DNA of 64,000 nt from an uncultured Acidaminococcus sp. (lineage in GTDB: Bacteria > Bacillota > Negativicutes > Acidaminococcales > Acidaminococcaceae). The stretch covers positions 62,760 to 126,759 of the forward strand of contig USHN01000003.1 in NCBI GenBank assembly GCA_900554515.1, given 5' to 3'. Each line of letters opens with the position of its first letter. Position 1 is the stretch's first letter. A program made the position numbers and the translations under genes. The notes beneath the pieces are model-generated. The model was not told the origin of the DNA. It did no database searches and saw nothing but the letters and a program-made list of their open reading frames with translations. Shown in pieces: positions 38,689 through 51,157 of the stretch.

Positions 38689-40761
38689 TTATTTTTTCTC
38701 TTTTTCTTCCTTCCGGGCAGCGATCAATTTCTCAGCCATCTTGGGCGGCACATCTTCGTAATGGTCAAACTTCCATTCAAAGGTACCTGTGCCCTGGGTA
38801 ATGGCCCGCAGATCCACGGCATAGTCCAGCACTTCCGCATAAGGAACCTGGGTTTTAACACAAGCTCTTCCATCATCCATGGTCTGCATGCCTAAAATCC
38901 GTCCCCGTTTACTGTTAAGATCGCTGATGACGTCCCCCGTCATCCGGTCATCGCAGTACACATCCAGATTGTAGTAGGGTTCCATCAATACCGGTTTGGA
39001 TTGTTCCATAGCTTTCTGGAACGCCATGTGGGACGCCACTTTAAAAGCCATTTCCGAAGAGTCCACCGTATGGTAGGACCCGTCCAGCAGGACGATTTTC
39101 AAATCCACAACCGGATAGCCCGCCAGAACGCCTTCTTCCAAGGATTCTTTCATGCCTTTTTCTACTGCAGGGATGTACTGCCGTGGTACGGCTCCACCGA
39201 AGATTTTATCTTCAAAGACAAACCCACTTCCCGGCGGCAGCGGTTCCATACGGATCACTACATGTCCGTACTGGCCATGTCCCCCTGTCTGTTTCTTGTA
39301 CTTGCCTTCCACTTCTGCAGTGCCCCGGATGGTTTCCCGATATTCCACAATGGGCGGCTTAAGCTCGGCTTCCACGCCAAATTTACGTTCCATACGTTCC
39401 ATCAGAATATCCAGGTGCTGATCCCCCATCCCGCTGATGAGCGTTTCCTTGGTCACCGGGTTACGGGTCACAATAAACGTAGGATCTTCATCCATCAATT
39501 TATTCAGGGACGTAGCAATCTTGTCTTCGTCCCCCTTCTTCTTGGGATAAATGGCCCGGGTATACATGGGCAGGGGGAACTCAATAGGCGCGAACTGTAC
39601 CGGATCGTCCTTCGATGAGAGGGTATCCCCGGTAGCAGTATACTGCAGCCGGCTGATCACGCCGATGTCCCCGGCACAAATCTCTTTCATAGGAATCTGA
39701 GTCTTGCCTCGCAGGGTAAATACTCCGCCCACTTTTTCCGTGGTATCCCGGCTGGCGTTATACACTGTGCTGTCAGACGAAACAGAACCGGAGAAAACAC
39801 GGACAAAGCTCAGCTTTCCTACAAAAGGATCACTGGTGGTCTTAAAGACCAGCGCCGCCATCGGTGCGTTGGCATCCCGCCGTTCCTTTTTGCCGGTTTT
39901 CAGATTGGTCACATGGTAGTCATTCAGGATAGCCGGGAATGTATAGTCCACAATAGCCGACAACGTCCGTCCCAGTCCGATATTTTTATACGCGCTGCCG
40001 CATAGTACCGGGAAAATAATTCCTTGCTTAATGCCTTTAACCAGGCAGTCCATCACTTCTTTATCGGTGATGGTTTCCCCTTCCAGATAGCGCTCCATCA
40101 CATCGTCATCGGCTTCCACTGCCGCTTCCACCATTTTGTCATGGGCATCCTGCACCCAGGCTTTCAGATCCTCCGGGACTTCAATTTCATCTGCCCCATT
40201 GCCATTGCCCTTATAGGCCTTCTGGTTGAACACGTCAATAACGCCGCAGAAATTTTCTTCCTTACCCAAAGGCAGTTCCAGCGGCAGGATCCGCTTGCCG
40301 ATTTTTGCCCGGAGATTCTCCAGGATATTATCATAGTCCGCATTTTCCCGGTCCATCTTATTCACAAAAATCAGGCGCGGCAAACCTGCTTCTTCTGCCA
40401 GTTTCCAGCACTGTTCTGTTCCGATCTGCACCCCGCTGGTTGCGCTGACTACGATCAGCACACTGTCCACGGCGCGAAAAGCTCCTTTCACCTCCGCTAC
40501 GAAATCTGCAAACCCCGGTGTATCAATAAAATTAATTTTTACATCCCGCCATTCCAAAGGCGCCAGGGACGCACTGACAGAGACACCGCGTTTGATTTCT
40601 TCCGGTTCAAAATCCGTTGTTGTCTGTCCGTCTTCCACTTTGCACATCCGGCTGATGGTCTTGCTGCGGTAGAGCAGGGCTTCTGTCAAGGATGTTGTTC
40701 CGGCACCGCCGTGACCTACAATGGCTACGTTTCTGATTCTATCGCCTGTATACTCTTTCAC
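38689..40761 (-). CDS. fusA: Elongation factor G paralogue (EF-G2-like), not in the str operon
   Basis: [28 protein letters not shown] and [12 protein letters not shown] motifs. The P-loop reads GHGGAGTT. Confidence 0.9.
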   Translation of the reverse strand: MKEYTGDRIRNVAIVGHGGAGTTSLTEALLYRSKTISRMCKVEDGQTTTDFEPEEIKRGVSVSASLAPLEWRDVKINFIDTPGFADFVAEVKGAFRAVDSVLIVVSATSGVQIGTEQCWKLAEEAGLPRLIFVNKMDRENADYDNILENLRAKIGKRILPLELPLGKEENFCGVIDVFNQKAYKGNGNGADEIEVPEDLKAWVQDAHDKMVEAAVEADDDVMERYLEGETITDKEVMDCLVKGIKQGIIFPVLCGSAYKNIGLGRTLSAIVDYTFPAILNDYHVTNLKTGKKERRDANAPMAALVFKTTSDPFVGKLSFVRVFSGSVSSDSTVYNASRDTTEKVGGVFTLRGKTQIPMKEICAGDIGVISRLQYTATGDTLSSKDDPVQFAPIEFPLPMYTRAIYPKKKGDEDKIATSLNKLMDEDPTFIVTRNPVTKETLISGMGDQHLDILMERMERKFGVEAELKPPIVEYRETIRGTAEVEGKYKKQTGGHGQYGHVVIRMEPLPPGSGFVFEDKIFGGAVPRQYIPAVEKGMKESLEEGVLAGYPVVDLKIVLLDGSYHTVDSSEMAFKVASHMAFQKAMEQSKPVLMEPYYNLDVYCDDRMTGDVISDLNSKRGRILGMQTMDDGRACVKTQVPYAEVLDYAVDLRAITQGTGTFEWKFDHYEDVPPKMAEKLIAARKEEKEKK

Positions 40762-40906
40762 TGCTAATCCCCCTTCGTAAACTGGTTTCTTATATGCCTC
40801 TTTTTTCGCTGAATGGGCGCTGATTTCCTGCTTACCAGCAAAAATTTTCTCACAGCACAAAAACTATTTGGAATTATGTATAATTTTATACACAATTCCA
40901 GACATT

Positions 40907-42970
40907 TCATGCCTGGAAGATTCGTTCAAACCGACCGTCAAATTGCATACTCCCTGCTGCCTCCGCCACAAATTTTGCTGTATCTTTCCGGCTCATGGCC
41001 CATTTGGCAGCTTCCCGTGCCGCCAGCAAGTCCTCTGTATCCCGGAAAATATCGGCGATATACAAATCGGTAACCCCGTGCTGCCTCGTGCCAAAAAACT
41101 GCCCGGCGCCCCGCAGTTCCAAATCCTTTTCCGCCAGGGCAAACCCATCATTGGAATTTTTCATAATCTGGAGACGTTCCAACGTCACCGGATTGTCAGA
41201 ACGGGTGAGCAGCACACAATAGGACTGGGCGCTGCCCCGCCCTACCCGGCCCCGCAGCTGGTGCATCTGGGCCAGCCCAAAACGGTCTGCGCCTTCAATA
41301 ATCATCAGCGTAGCATTCGGCACATTGACACCCACCTCCACCACAGTGGTAGTAATCAGGACTTTGATTTTATTCTCTGCGAACTGTTTCATTACTGCTT
41401 CTTTTTCTTCCGGCTTCAGCCGTCCGTGAAGCAACCCACAGGGAATTCCTTGCAAATAGGTAGTGGTCAGTTCCTGATACAGGTCAGTAGCCGCTTTGGC
41501 GTCCACCCCTTCGCTTTCATCAATCAGCGGGCAGACCACATACGCCTGGTGTCCTGCAGCAATCTGGTGCAGCAGCCCTTGGTAAACCTCTGCCCGTTTT
41601 TCTTCCGTATAGCAAAGGGTCCGTACCGGTTTTCTTCCCGGCGGCATGCCTTTCATCAAAGATACGTCCAAATCCCCGTACACCGTCAGCGCCAGCGTAC
41701 GAGGAATGGGCGTAGCCGTCATAATGAGCACATGGGGTGCGTAAGGACTTTTATCCTGGAGTTTTGCCCGTTGGTTGACTCCAAAACGGTGCTGCTCATC
41801 GGTAATGGCAAGCGCCAGGGAATGAAACACCACCGCATCCTGAATCAAGGCGTAGGTTCCGGCTACGGCCTGCACCGTACCATCCGCCAGCCCTTCCAAA
41901 ACGTCCCGCCGCCTTTTTGCCGAAAGCCCGCCGGTTAATAGGGCCGTATGAATCCCCGCTGGTTCCAGGACCTTTTGCATTTCTTGATAATGCTGCTCCG
42001 CCAAAATTTCCGTAGGCGCCATTAAGCAGCCCTGATATCCATTTTCTGCCGCTTTGGCAAGAGCCAGCATGGCAAGGGCCGTTTTACCGCTGCCTACGTC
42101 CCCCTGGACCAAGCGGTTCATGGGCTGGGGATTCTGCATATCGTCGTCAATTTCCTGCCATGCCTTTTCCTGGCTGGGCGTTAAGACAAAGCCCAGTTGA
42201 TCCAGCACCGTCTGCACCAAAGGCCCATTGCGGCTCATTTTGATGCCCTTGCTTTCTGTTTTCATCTTATTCCGGTGATACAAAAGACCGCACTGTAGAA
42301 AAAATAATTCTTCGAAAATCATCCGCCGCCTGGCCTGCTGCAAAAGCGCCCAGCTCTTAGGGAAATGTATATTTTCCAGAGCCTCGTACCGGGACATAAA
42401 CTGCCTCGTGCGCATAATCTCCGAAGGCAGACATTCCGGTAGCTCCTTTTTGGCCAGCAATAAAGCCTGGTGCACGGCACTGCGCACGCTCTTTTGATTT
42501 AGATTTCCCGAAAGGGCATAGGTAGGGAGGATCCCCGGAGCAGCCTGCGTTTCCTCCCGCACTTTACTCACATTGGCGCCCGCAACACTTTTACTGCTCC
42601 GTCCCTGGGTAACTTTCCCTATCGCCAATACATCATCCCCGGGTTTTACCGTACGGAGAATATAGGTCTGGCCTCCAAACAGGAATAACTCCGCATACCC
42701 GGTGCCATCGCCCACAATCAGGCTGGCATATCTGGTATTCCGTGCACTGCGCCGGCGGTTCATCCGGATGATTTTCCCCTGAAACAGCTGCAATTCCCCA
42801 CCCGTGGTCAGCTCTGCAATGGTTTTAATCCGGGAATAGTCCAGATAGCTGTCCTGCCTGGGAAAATGATTTAAAAGACTGCCAATAGTGGTAACTCCCA
42901 TGGCGGCAAAATCCTGGGCTTTTTTGGGGCCCACGCCCTTTAATTGGGTTATTGGTTCTTCCCACCACAT
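40907..42970 (-). CDS. recG: ATP-dependent DNA helicase RecG
   Basis: [26 protein letters not shown] and QLRGRVGRG motifs. Confidence 0.97.
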   Translation of the reverse strand: MWWEEPITQLKGVGPKKAQDFAAMGVTTIGSLLNHFPRQDSYLDYSRIKTIAELTTGGELQLFQGKIIRMNRRRSARNTRYASLIVGDGTGYAELFLFGGQTYILRTVKPGDDVLAIGKVTQGRSSKSVAGANVSKVREETQAAPGILPTYALSGNLNQKSVRSAVHQALLLAKKELPECLPSEIMRTRQFMSRYEALENIHFPKSWALLQQARRRMIFEELFFLQCGLLYHRNKMKTESKGIKMSRNGPLVQTVLDQLGFVLTPSQEKAWQEIDDDMQNPQPMNRLVQGDVGSGKTALAMLALAKAAENGYQGCLMAPTEILAEQHYQEMQKVLEPAGIHTALLTGGLSAKRRRDVLEGLADGTVQAVAGTYALIQDAVVFHSLALAITDEQHRFGVNQRAKLQDKSPYAPHVLIMTATPIPRTLALTVYGDLDVSLMKGMPPGRKPVRTLCYTEEKRAEVYQGLLHQIAAGHQAYVVCPLIDESEGVDAKAATDLYQELTTTYLQGIPCGLLHGRLKPEEKEAVMKQFAENKIKVLITTTVVEVGVNVPNATLMIIEGADRFGLAQMHQLRGRVGRGSAQSYCVLLTRSDNPVTLERLQIMKNSNDGFALAEKDLELRGAGQFFGTRQHGVTDLYIADIFRDTEDLLAAREAAKWAMSRKDTAKFVAEAAGSMQFDGRFERIFQA

Positions 42971-43087
42971 AGCTGGTATCTCTCCTTATAAAAAGTATTT
43001 TCTCTATTGCAATTATAAACCTGTTTATGTTAAAATAGCTACACTGGTTCGAAAAGCATTGCCTATACGCTAGAAGGAGGTGGGACC

Positions 43088-43279
43088 ATGGCATGCATCT
43101 GTGAGATTTGTCACAAAGGTGAGCTGGCCGGGAACAATGTCAGCCATTCCAATAGACATGTGAAACGTTCTTGGAAACCGAACATTCAGAAGGTGAAAGC
43201 AGTCGTAGACGGTGAAGTAAAAAGCATCAACGTTTGCACCCGCTGCTTGCGTTCCGGCAAGGTAACCCGCGCCCTCTAA
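43088..43279 (+). CDS. rpmB: 50S ribosomal protein L28 (Zn-binding type)
   Basis: CEICHK...GNNVSHS...WKPNIQ...VCTRCLRSG. Confidence 0.97.
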   Translation: MACICEICHKGELAGNNVSHSNRHVKRSWKPNIQKVKAVVDGEVKSINVCTRCLRSGKVTRAL

Positions 43280-43297
43280 GATTTAGGTTACAACAGC

Positions 43298-43328
43298 ATC
43301 CCCGTAGCTTTGGCTGCGGGGATTTTTG
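43298..43328 (+). terminator. Intrinsic terminator after rpmB
   Basis: ATCCCCGTAGC-TTTG-GCTGCGGGGAT followed by a T-run. Confidence 0.8.
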
Positions 43329-43347
43329 TTTGCATTTTTATTTTTGC

Positions 43348-43779
43348 TTACAGCTTGCTGCCACAATAGGGGCAGAACCCAGCCCCTTCCGGCAAGGTGC
43401 CGCCACAGTGAGGACAGATTCTTTTTTCCAAAAAAGCTTTGACCTTCTCCTCAAAGAGGGACACAAAATGCTCCGTCTCCTTGCTCTGAGAGCGGAGACT
43501 GTAGATTTCCAGGCGGGGTTTATGGATATCCACGATGACCGTACATCCACCCTCTGTAGGCTGCACTGCAAAGGTCAGCTCCTTTTTTTTCATTTTTCCT
43601 AAAAAGAAGCTTTTTTCCTCAGAAGCTATGGTGCCATGCAGCAATTTATTAGCATCGTCCCGATCTACTGTCATAACCTTCAGGTCCTCACATACCGCAA
43701 TCCCCAAACTTCAGGCAGTTGCCACGGGGATAGGGTAAAACTGTTCAAAAAAACTGCCGCCGCTTCCATTGATTTGCAT
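43348..43779 (-). pseudogene. Zinc-ribbon domain protein with an in-frame TGA at codon 23
   Basis: RBS GAGGAAG plus ATG at 43779. Reads MQINGSGGSFFEQFYPIPVATA*SLGIAVCEDL...CPHCG...CPYCG, with the TGA at 43711-43713. Confidence 0.65.
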
Positions 43780-43960
43780 AGAGCTTCCTCTTTTACAGCA
43801 AGATGATTGTCAGCAAAAATGCATTGCATTGCCGAGTGTGACTAGATACTTGAATCACTTTTAATGACTCCATAGTATCATATTTCTTTTCATCTTAGCA
43901 ACATCGGATACTGTCTCCATTATATTTTCCTGTAAACCGCTCACGCCCTTAACATTTCCA

Positions 43961-44476
43961 TAATCACCCCCACGTATGTGGGGAATACGTTTTGGTAAGT
44001 CCGCAAGTCTACGCCGATTAAGGATCACCCCCACGTATGTGGGGAATACCAAAAGATGGATGGACGCAAAAAAAGAGATCTTAAATCACCCCCACGTATG
44101 TGGGGAATACCAAGTACGAAGGAGCTGTTAGAGAATGGTTGGAGGATCACCCCCACGTATGTGGGGAATACGCAATCAGGGATCCATAGATCCACTCTTT
44201 TTTAGGATCACCCCCACGTATGTGGGGAATACACAAGAACACCCGGAAGGGAAGAAAATCGACTGGGATCACCCCCACGTATGTGGGGAATACAACCGAA
44301 ATCAAGACCAAAAGCCGATTTTACAGGGATCACCCCCACGTATGTGGGGAATACGCGTACCCAGCCACCGAAGTGCGGCCTGGGCGAGGATCACCCCCAC
44401 GTATGTGGGGAATACAGGCATGCACCTCGTCAACGATAACCACCTTATGGATCACCCCCACGTATGTGGGGAATAC
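43961..44476 (-). CRISPR. Type I-E CRISPR array: 9 repeats (28 bp, GTATTCCCCACATACGTGGGGGTGATCC) and 8 spacers of 33 bp
   Basis: Repeats start at 43961, 44022, 44083, 44144, 44205, 44266, 44327, 44388 and 44449 (61-bp period) with a CCCCAC/GTGGGG hairpin. The degenerate terminal repeat at 43961 places the leader on the cas2 side. Confidence 0.99.
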
Positions 44477-44505
44477 AGTAAAAGATCCCAGCCTCTACGT
44501 CATCC
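44477..44505 (-). promoter_or_regulatory. Short CRISPR leader end
   Basis: Only 29 bp separate the cas2 stop from the first repeat; the segment ends ...GGGATCTTTTACT on the minus strand. Confidence 0.6.
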
Positions 44506-47007
<2,502 letters not shown>

Positions 47008-47016
47008 GCTGCTCCT

Positions 47017-47715
47017 TTACAAATATGCCATAATATCGTGTTCTTGATACCATGGATTTTGCAGCGTAACTCTAGTTTTCGCCACACCCCTATAAACATG
47101 ATACCGATTCCGCTGATCGAAAGATCCTACTAAATCCTTTGTCATCGTACATGGAATTTGGGGTAAAAGAGCCCTGTCTGCTATCAATTCTGCCTCAAAA
47201 GTATCTTTCCGTAACTTTCTTTGATACCACGGAGAAGCTTGCCACGGAAGAGAATATGTCAGTACAGCGATGGGTTCCGTATCTTCGAATATTTGTACTT
47301 GTAGAATCCCAGCGGGGGGATTGGATCTGCGCCCCCAATAAAGTTGAAATTTTGGATGCAGAAGAGCATATGAAATGGTCTGGATTAACTCCTTATCTCT
47401 ACTGCCGATAGCAATAGCATAGACATAATCCTGCAGATATTCCCGATAGGTTATCTTTCGCGTTTCCTTTTGAGGATCGGTTTCAACCGTTTGAAAATCG
47501 GTCATCATGAGTCCTACTTGGTCAATACGTACCGCATACTCCAATTGATTCAAACGCTGAATATGGTCATCTTCCCTGCGAAGTCCTAAGCTCGCTGCCA
47601 CAAGTCCAATGACCGCACTTTTCGTAGGATAGTAATTGGTAGTACGACGATTAAAGGTCGCTTGATTCCCATAGGATTGGAGAGGCGCACTTACTCTAAT
47701 TGTCAATACATCCAT
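47017..47715 (-). CDS. cas5: Cas5e (CasD)
   Basis: APLQSYG, PTKSAVIGLVAASLG, REYLQD and WGRRSNPP motifs. Confidence 0.95.
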   Translation of the reverse strand: MDVLTIRVSAPLQSYGNQATFNRRTTNYYPTKSAVIGLVAASLGLRREDDHIQRLNQLEYAVRIDQVGLMMTDFQTVETDPQKETRKITYREYLQDYVYAIAIGSRDKELIQTISYALLHPKFQLYWGRRSNPPAGILQVQIFEDTEPIAVLTYSLPWQASPWYQRKLRKDTFEAELIADRALLPQIPCTMTKDLVGSFDQRNRYHVYRGVAKTRVTLQNPWYQEHDIMAYL

Positions 47716-48805
47716 CAGCCATCACTCTTTTCATGCCATCAATCACTCTATCCAGTAAATCTTGTAAATTTGTAGCCTTACCCTCTATAGTTGTTTCCTT
47801 TCCAGTCAGCACTACGGTAAGCAACGGTTTCTCCACCCATTGGCAAGTGCTTTCGAATTCTTTTTCCAGTCTCTTAATAGAAGGCACTACATATCCATTT
47901 CGCGATTCTACTGGTTCTTCAAAAGCGGAAACCAGATTGACCGGAGTATCTTTCCGCATTGTAACCAGCACATACTGGGGCACAGTTTTATTTGCATAAC
48001 TATTTTGCTTACCTGTAGGCATGCTCATGATAAAGTCTTTAATAAACAACTCTAAGCCTTTATCAGCTAATTCTTTTCCGAGATTATGTACAAGTTCATA
48101 CATATTGACATTGGCATACCGATACAGTGTAGAGGAGTTGTATTCCATAGTTCCAAGCATAGCCGCACCAGCAGTGTCATCTGCCCGAACATCGTCCAGT
48201 CCTGTAAAATAATCAAATTCTGGAATTACTTCGTGGGTTGAAATCGCATGCGCTACCTGCGCCGCTGCATCTACATTTAGCTCTGGATCGTCTGCCACCA
48301 TACGACCGAACAATGCAAGGTCCAAGGAAGAAGCTACATTAAATCCATTCTTTATTGCTTTTTTATCTTCGTCATGCAAAACAGGATGGTTAATGATATA
48401 GTCTGCCAGCTTTTCCAACTGTCCAGCGCTCACAAATACTAAAGCACCTGTTAGCTGTTCTCCTGTATTTTTATCTTTGGATACCTTGATTCCTGCCGCC
48501 TTTAAAAGCTCCAGGGACTTCTCTAATGCTTCTTTCTCCCCTACACCAGGCATTTTTTCTTGGATTTTTTCAGCTAACAGCATAGGAAATTTCTTTGTTC
48601 TAAAACTGTTAAGCCACGCTTTTCCGTTGCTTTCTGTGCAAAATGCCTTACGAATAGCTCGTTTCCAACTTTGAGAAGATACCCGGGCACGCGTCACTCC
48701 ACCATAAAGTGCTGTTTTGGGAGCTCCAGAATCATCCCTGTTAATATTTGAAGATGGAACAGTTTGTAATACATGAATATCAACATATAAATTTTCCTTA
48801 GTCAT
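47696..48805 (-). CDS. cas7: Cas7 (Cse4/CasC)
   Basis: NINRDDSGAPKTALYGG..RARVSSQSWKRA, ALFGRM, QVAHAISTH and PTGKQNS motifs. Confidence 0.97.
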   Translation of the reverse strand: MTKENLYVDIHVLQTVPSSNINRDDSGAPKTALYGGVTRARVSSQSWKRAIRKAFCTESNGKAWLNSFRTKKFPMLLAEKIQEKMPGVGEKEALEKSLELLKAAGIKVSKDKNTGEQLTGALVFVSAGQLEKLADYIINHPVLHDEDKKAIKNGFNVASSLDLALFGRMVADDPELNVDAAAQVAHAISTHEVIPEFDYFTGLDDVRADDTAGAAMLGTMEYNSSTLYRYANVNMYELVHNLGKELADKGLELFIKDFIMSMPTGKQNSYANKTVPQYVLVTMRKDTPVNLVSAFEEPVESRNGYVVPSIKRLEKEFESTCQWVEKPLLTVVLTGKETTIEGKATNLQDLLDRVIDGMKRVMADGCIDN

Positions 48806-49430
48806 TTTTTTCTCCCTCATTCTGTTTCTCATCATTAGCAGTTTGCCAATAATATTGCTGCCCCCACTTAAGCCGTATGCGATTAGCCGCCTCATAGCTT
48901 AGACCAAAATAATAGAGATCTTGGGCAAGCTGTGCATAGTCAACCTTTGTGTCCCGATGCCGCGATTTCATAATTTGGACTAATTGGGTGATAGAGCGAG
49001 TCACGCTGAATGAATTTCTAGTAGATAACAAGGTCTGTACCCTTCTATCCAGCGCTGTACTATCTGTTTCTCCAGTTCTCATACTGGACAATGCCTGAAA
49101 TAACGTGACACCTTTCTCATTTTTATCCGAATCTTTTATTACATTCCAGGCCGGAGCATACACAGATTGCTCCACGCCTTGTTGGGCCAACGCATAGCAA
49201 CGCAATGCAGTATAAATTGCGATCTCCGCACGTGTAGGAGCCCCCTGGGGATCGTTGCTAAGATCTTTTTCCTCCATTTCAGAGAACATCACTGGCCATA
49301 CGTCTCGCGCCCGCATACTAGTTACTGTTTCTGCCGCTCGCAGGCTTGCCAAAACAGCCTTGTCTGGATTTCCATCTCCATACAATTTCTTTATGATCCG
49401 TTGTGTCTTACTAGCAATCTCATTGGCCAT
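48798..49430 (-). CDS. cse2: Cse2/CasB (Cas11) small subunit
   Basis: LASLR, YALAQQ and VDYAQLAQDLY...WGQQYY motifs; lies between cse1 and cas7. Confidence 0.92.
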   Translation of the reverse strand: MANEIASKTQRIIKKLYGDGNPDKAVLASLRAAETVTSMRARDVWPVMFSEMEEKDLSNDPQGAPTRAEIAIYTALRCYALAQQGVEQSVYAPAWNVIKDSDKNEKGVTLFQALSSMRTGETDSTALDRRVQTLLSTRNSFSVTRSITQLVQIMKSRHRDTKVDYAQLAQDLYYFGLSYEAANRIRLKWGQQYYWQTANDEKQNEGEKND

Positions 49431-49453
49431 CCATACGCTCCTTTCCTGACTCC

Positions 49454-51157
49454 TCACGCTAGAAGTCTCCGTATGTTTCGTTGCAACTGATTATTTAGCA
49501 GGAAAATATTTTTCGAAAGAGTCCCTTCTCTCTCTTTTTCCCCGCACATATCTTGGGGAGTTGCCGATTGTAGCAGCTCCTCTCTTAGCATATCAGTTTG
49601 TCTCTGTAAGATTTGTTTCCATCGTACAATTTCCTCATCCGGCTCTTGTTCAACACGCAGACTCGCCAGCCAATCTCTAAAAAGTTTGTTTAGACGGTCA
49701 TAGTAACGAGCTATTACAGAATTGGCAAATCCAGAAGCACCATCTCCCAAGCCACGAAGCAGTGCCCAATTGCGGCCAAATACCCAAAACGCTTCCCCTA
49801 CTTTCTGAGTCAGCTGAATTGTCGCCTCAATGCGAACCGGCCAGCAGAAAGCAACGTTATTTTCATCACGATCAAACAATACACCAGCACGAATTAGAAG
49901 ATCATCACACACTTCCGCCACTGGTGATTGTGAGGTAGCATTCCCCTCGCTTACCATTCCTATCGTTTGTAAATGCAGCAATTTCTCAGAGGGAAGAATT
50001 TCTTCATTCTTTAAGTGATTTAGCCATTTTACAATACCTGGCTCTGATCCCTCAGCTCCTTCCGTATCCTCTATCCCTACATATTGTCCGAAATTTCGCC
50101 ACATACTTTTCCCTAGAGATTTGATCCATTTTGTTCTAGGCCTGAAGCCACTTTCTTTTTTATCATACTTCCATGTTGTCATAGGTTCTATAAAAGCATT
50201 GGCATTATCGATTTTAGGTAACCCACACGCAAAAATTTTAAAGCTCTTTGTTTCTTGTTCGGCATAAATAATCCGAGAGAAAACAGTATATAGCTCTGAC
50301 TGATTTGACGGCACTTGTCCTTTTAATCTTATTCTGATATATGCTTCCGGATCATTAAACTCCCAGACTGGACATTGCAAGACTGCTGTTTCCTTATCAG
50401 GATATAAAATCAAATTAAGTAACAATGTTTCAAAGAGAGTATCACCCTTTACCAATACGGGGTCAATACCATAAAGCCAGCCGGATGACACCGAATACTT
50501 TTCTTTCACATTGACCTTCGTTTTATCAGTTACGCCAGTGAAATTCTGATAAGTAATCAGCCAGCGAACCAGCTCTGATATTTTTAAATCATTTTTACTA
50601 GTTTCTGCTCTGGGTGCAAAGATAGCAGGACTGTTGTTGCTCTCCGAAATCAGTCTATTTATTTGCTTTACTGCTACTGTCCCTTTTCCCGTTGCCACTT
50701 TTTTTGTGGCAACGCTATCGTACACGTCCCTACGGACTTGATAAAAAGGTGTTTCTCCAAACATGTCAAAACGATCTCTATACGCTTCCAGATACTCTCC
50801 CACCGCCGATGTGAAGTGTCCCTGTTCATATAGTTCTTTCCATGTGGCAAGCAGCTGTTCCTTAATATCTTCCAAATCCGCCCTTTCCTTCAACAGCAGG
50901 CGCCCGGAAGTACTATCTCTTTTGAGCCATGTATACTCTTTCCCCTTACTGTCAACACGGCTATACACCGTTGTTAAAATCGCCAGCAAAAATCTCAGGA
51001 TTGCCAAATCCTGGGAACGCATATCCCCTGCTAATTGTCGGTAATTAGGTGCATTTCTGAAGACGTCTTGTAGTGATACCGTAATCTCCTGATTATTTTG
51101 GGCATCAATGACTTTAATCCAGGGCTCACTAAGCAAATTAAAGTGCTGTTCCTTCAC
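49454..51157 (-). CDS. cse1: Cse1/CasA (Cas8e) large subunit
   Basis: FNLLSEPWIKV, LRFLLAIL, FDMF..PFYQ, TLFETLLLN and EPMT.W motifs. Confidence 0.93.
   Translation of the reverse strand: MKEQHFNLLSEPWIKVIDAQNNQEITVSLQDVFRNAPNYRQLAGDMRSQDLAILRFLLAILTTVYSRVDSKGKEYTWLKRDSTSGRLLLKERADLEDIKEQLLATWKELYEQGHFTSAVGEYLEAYRDRFDMFGETPFYQVRRDVYDSVATKKVATGKGTVAVKQINRLISESNNSPAIFAPRAETSKNDLKISELVRWLITYQNFTGVTDKTKVNVKEKYSVSSGWLYGIDPVLVKGDTLFETLLLNLILYPDKETAVLQCPVWEFNDPEAYIRIRLKGQVPSNQSELYTVFSRIIYAEQETKSFKIFACGLPKIDNANAFIEPMTTWKYDKKESGFRPRTKWIKSLGKSMWRNFGQYVGIEDTEGAEGSEPGIVKWLNHLKNEEILPSEKLLHLQTIGMVSEGNATSQSPVAEVCDDLLIRAGVLFDRDENNVAFCWPVRIEATIQLTQKVGEAFWVFGRNWALLRGLGDGASGFANSVIARYYDRLNKLFRDWLASLRVEQEPDEEIVRWKQILQRQTDMLREELLQSATPQDMCGEKEREGTLSKNIFLLNNQLQRNIRRLLA

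Noticed and set aside
40868..41938. 356-aa plus-strand ORF
   Set aside because: Antisense to recG; no family features.
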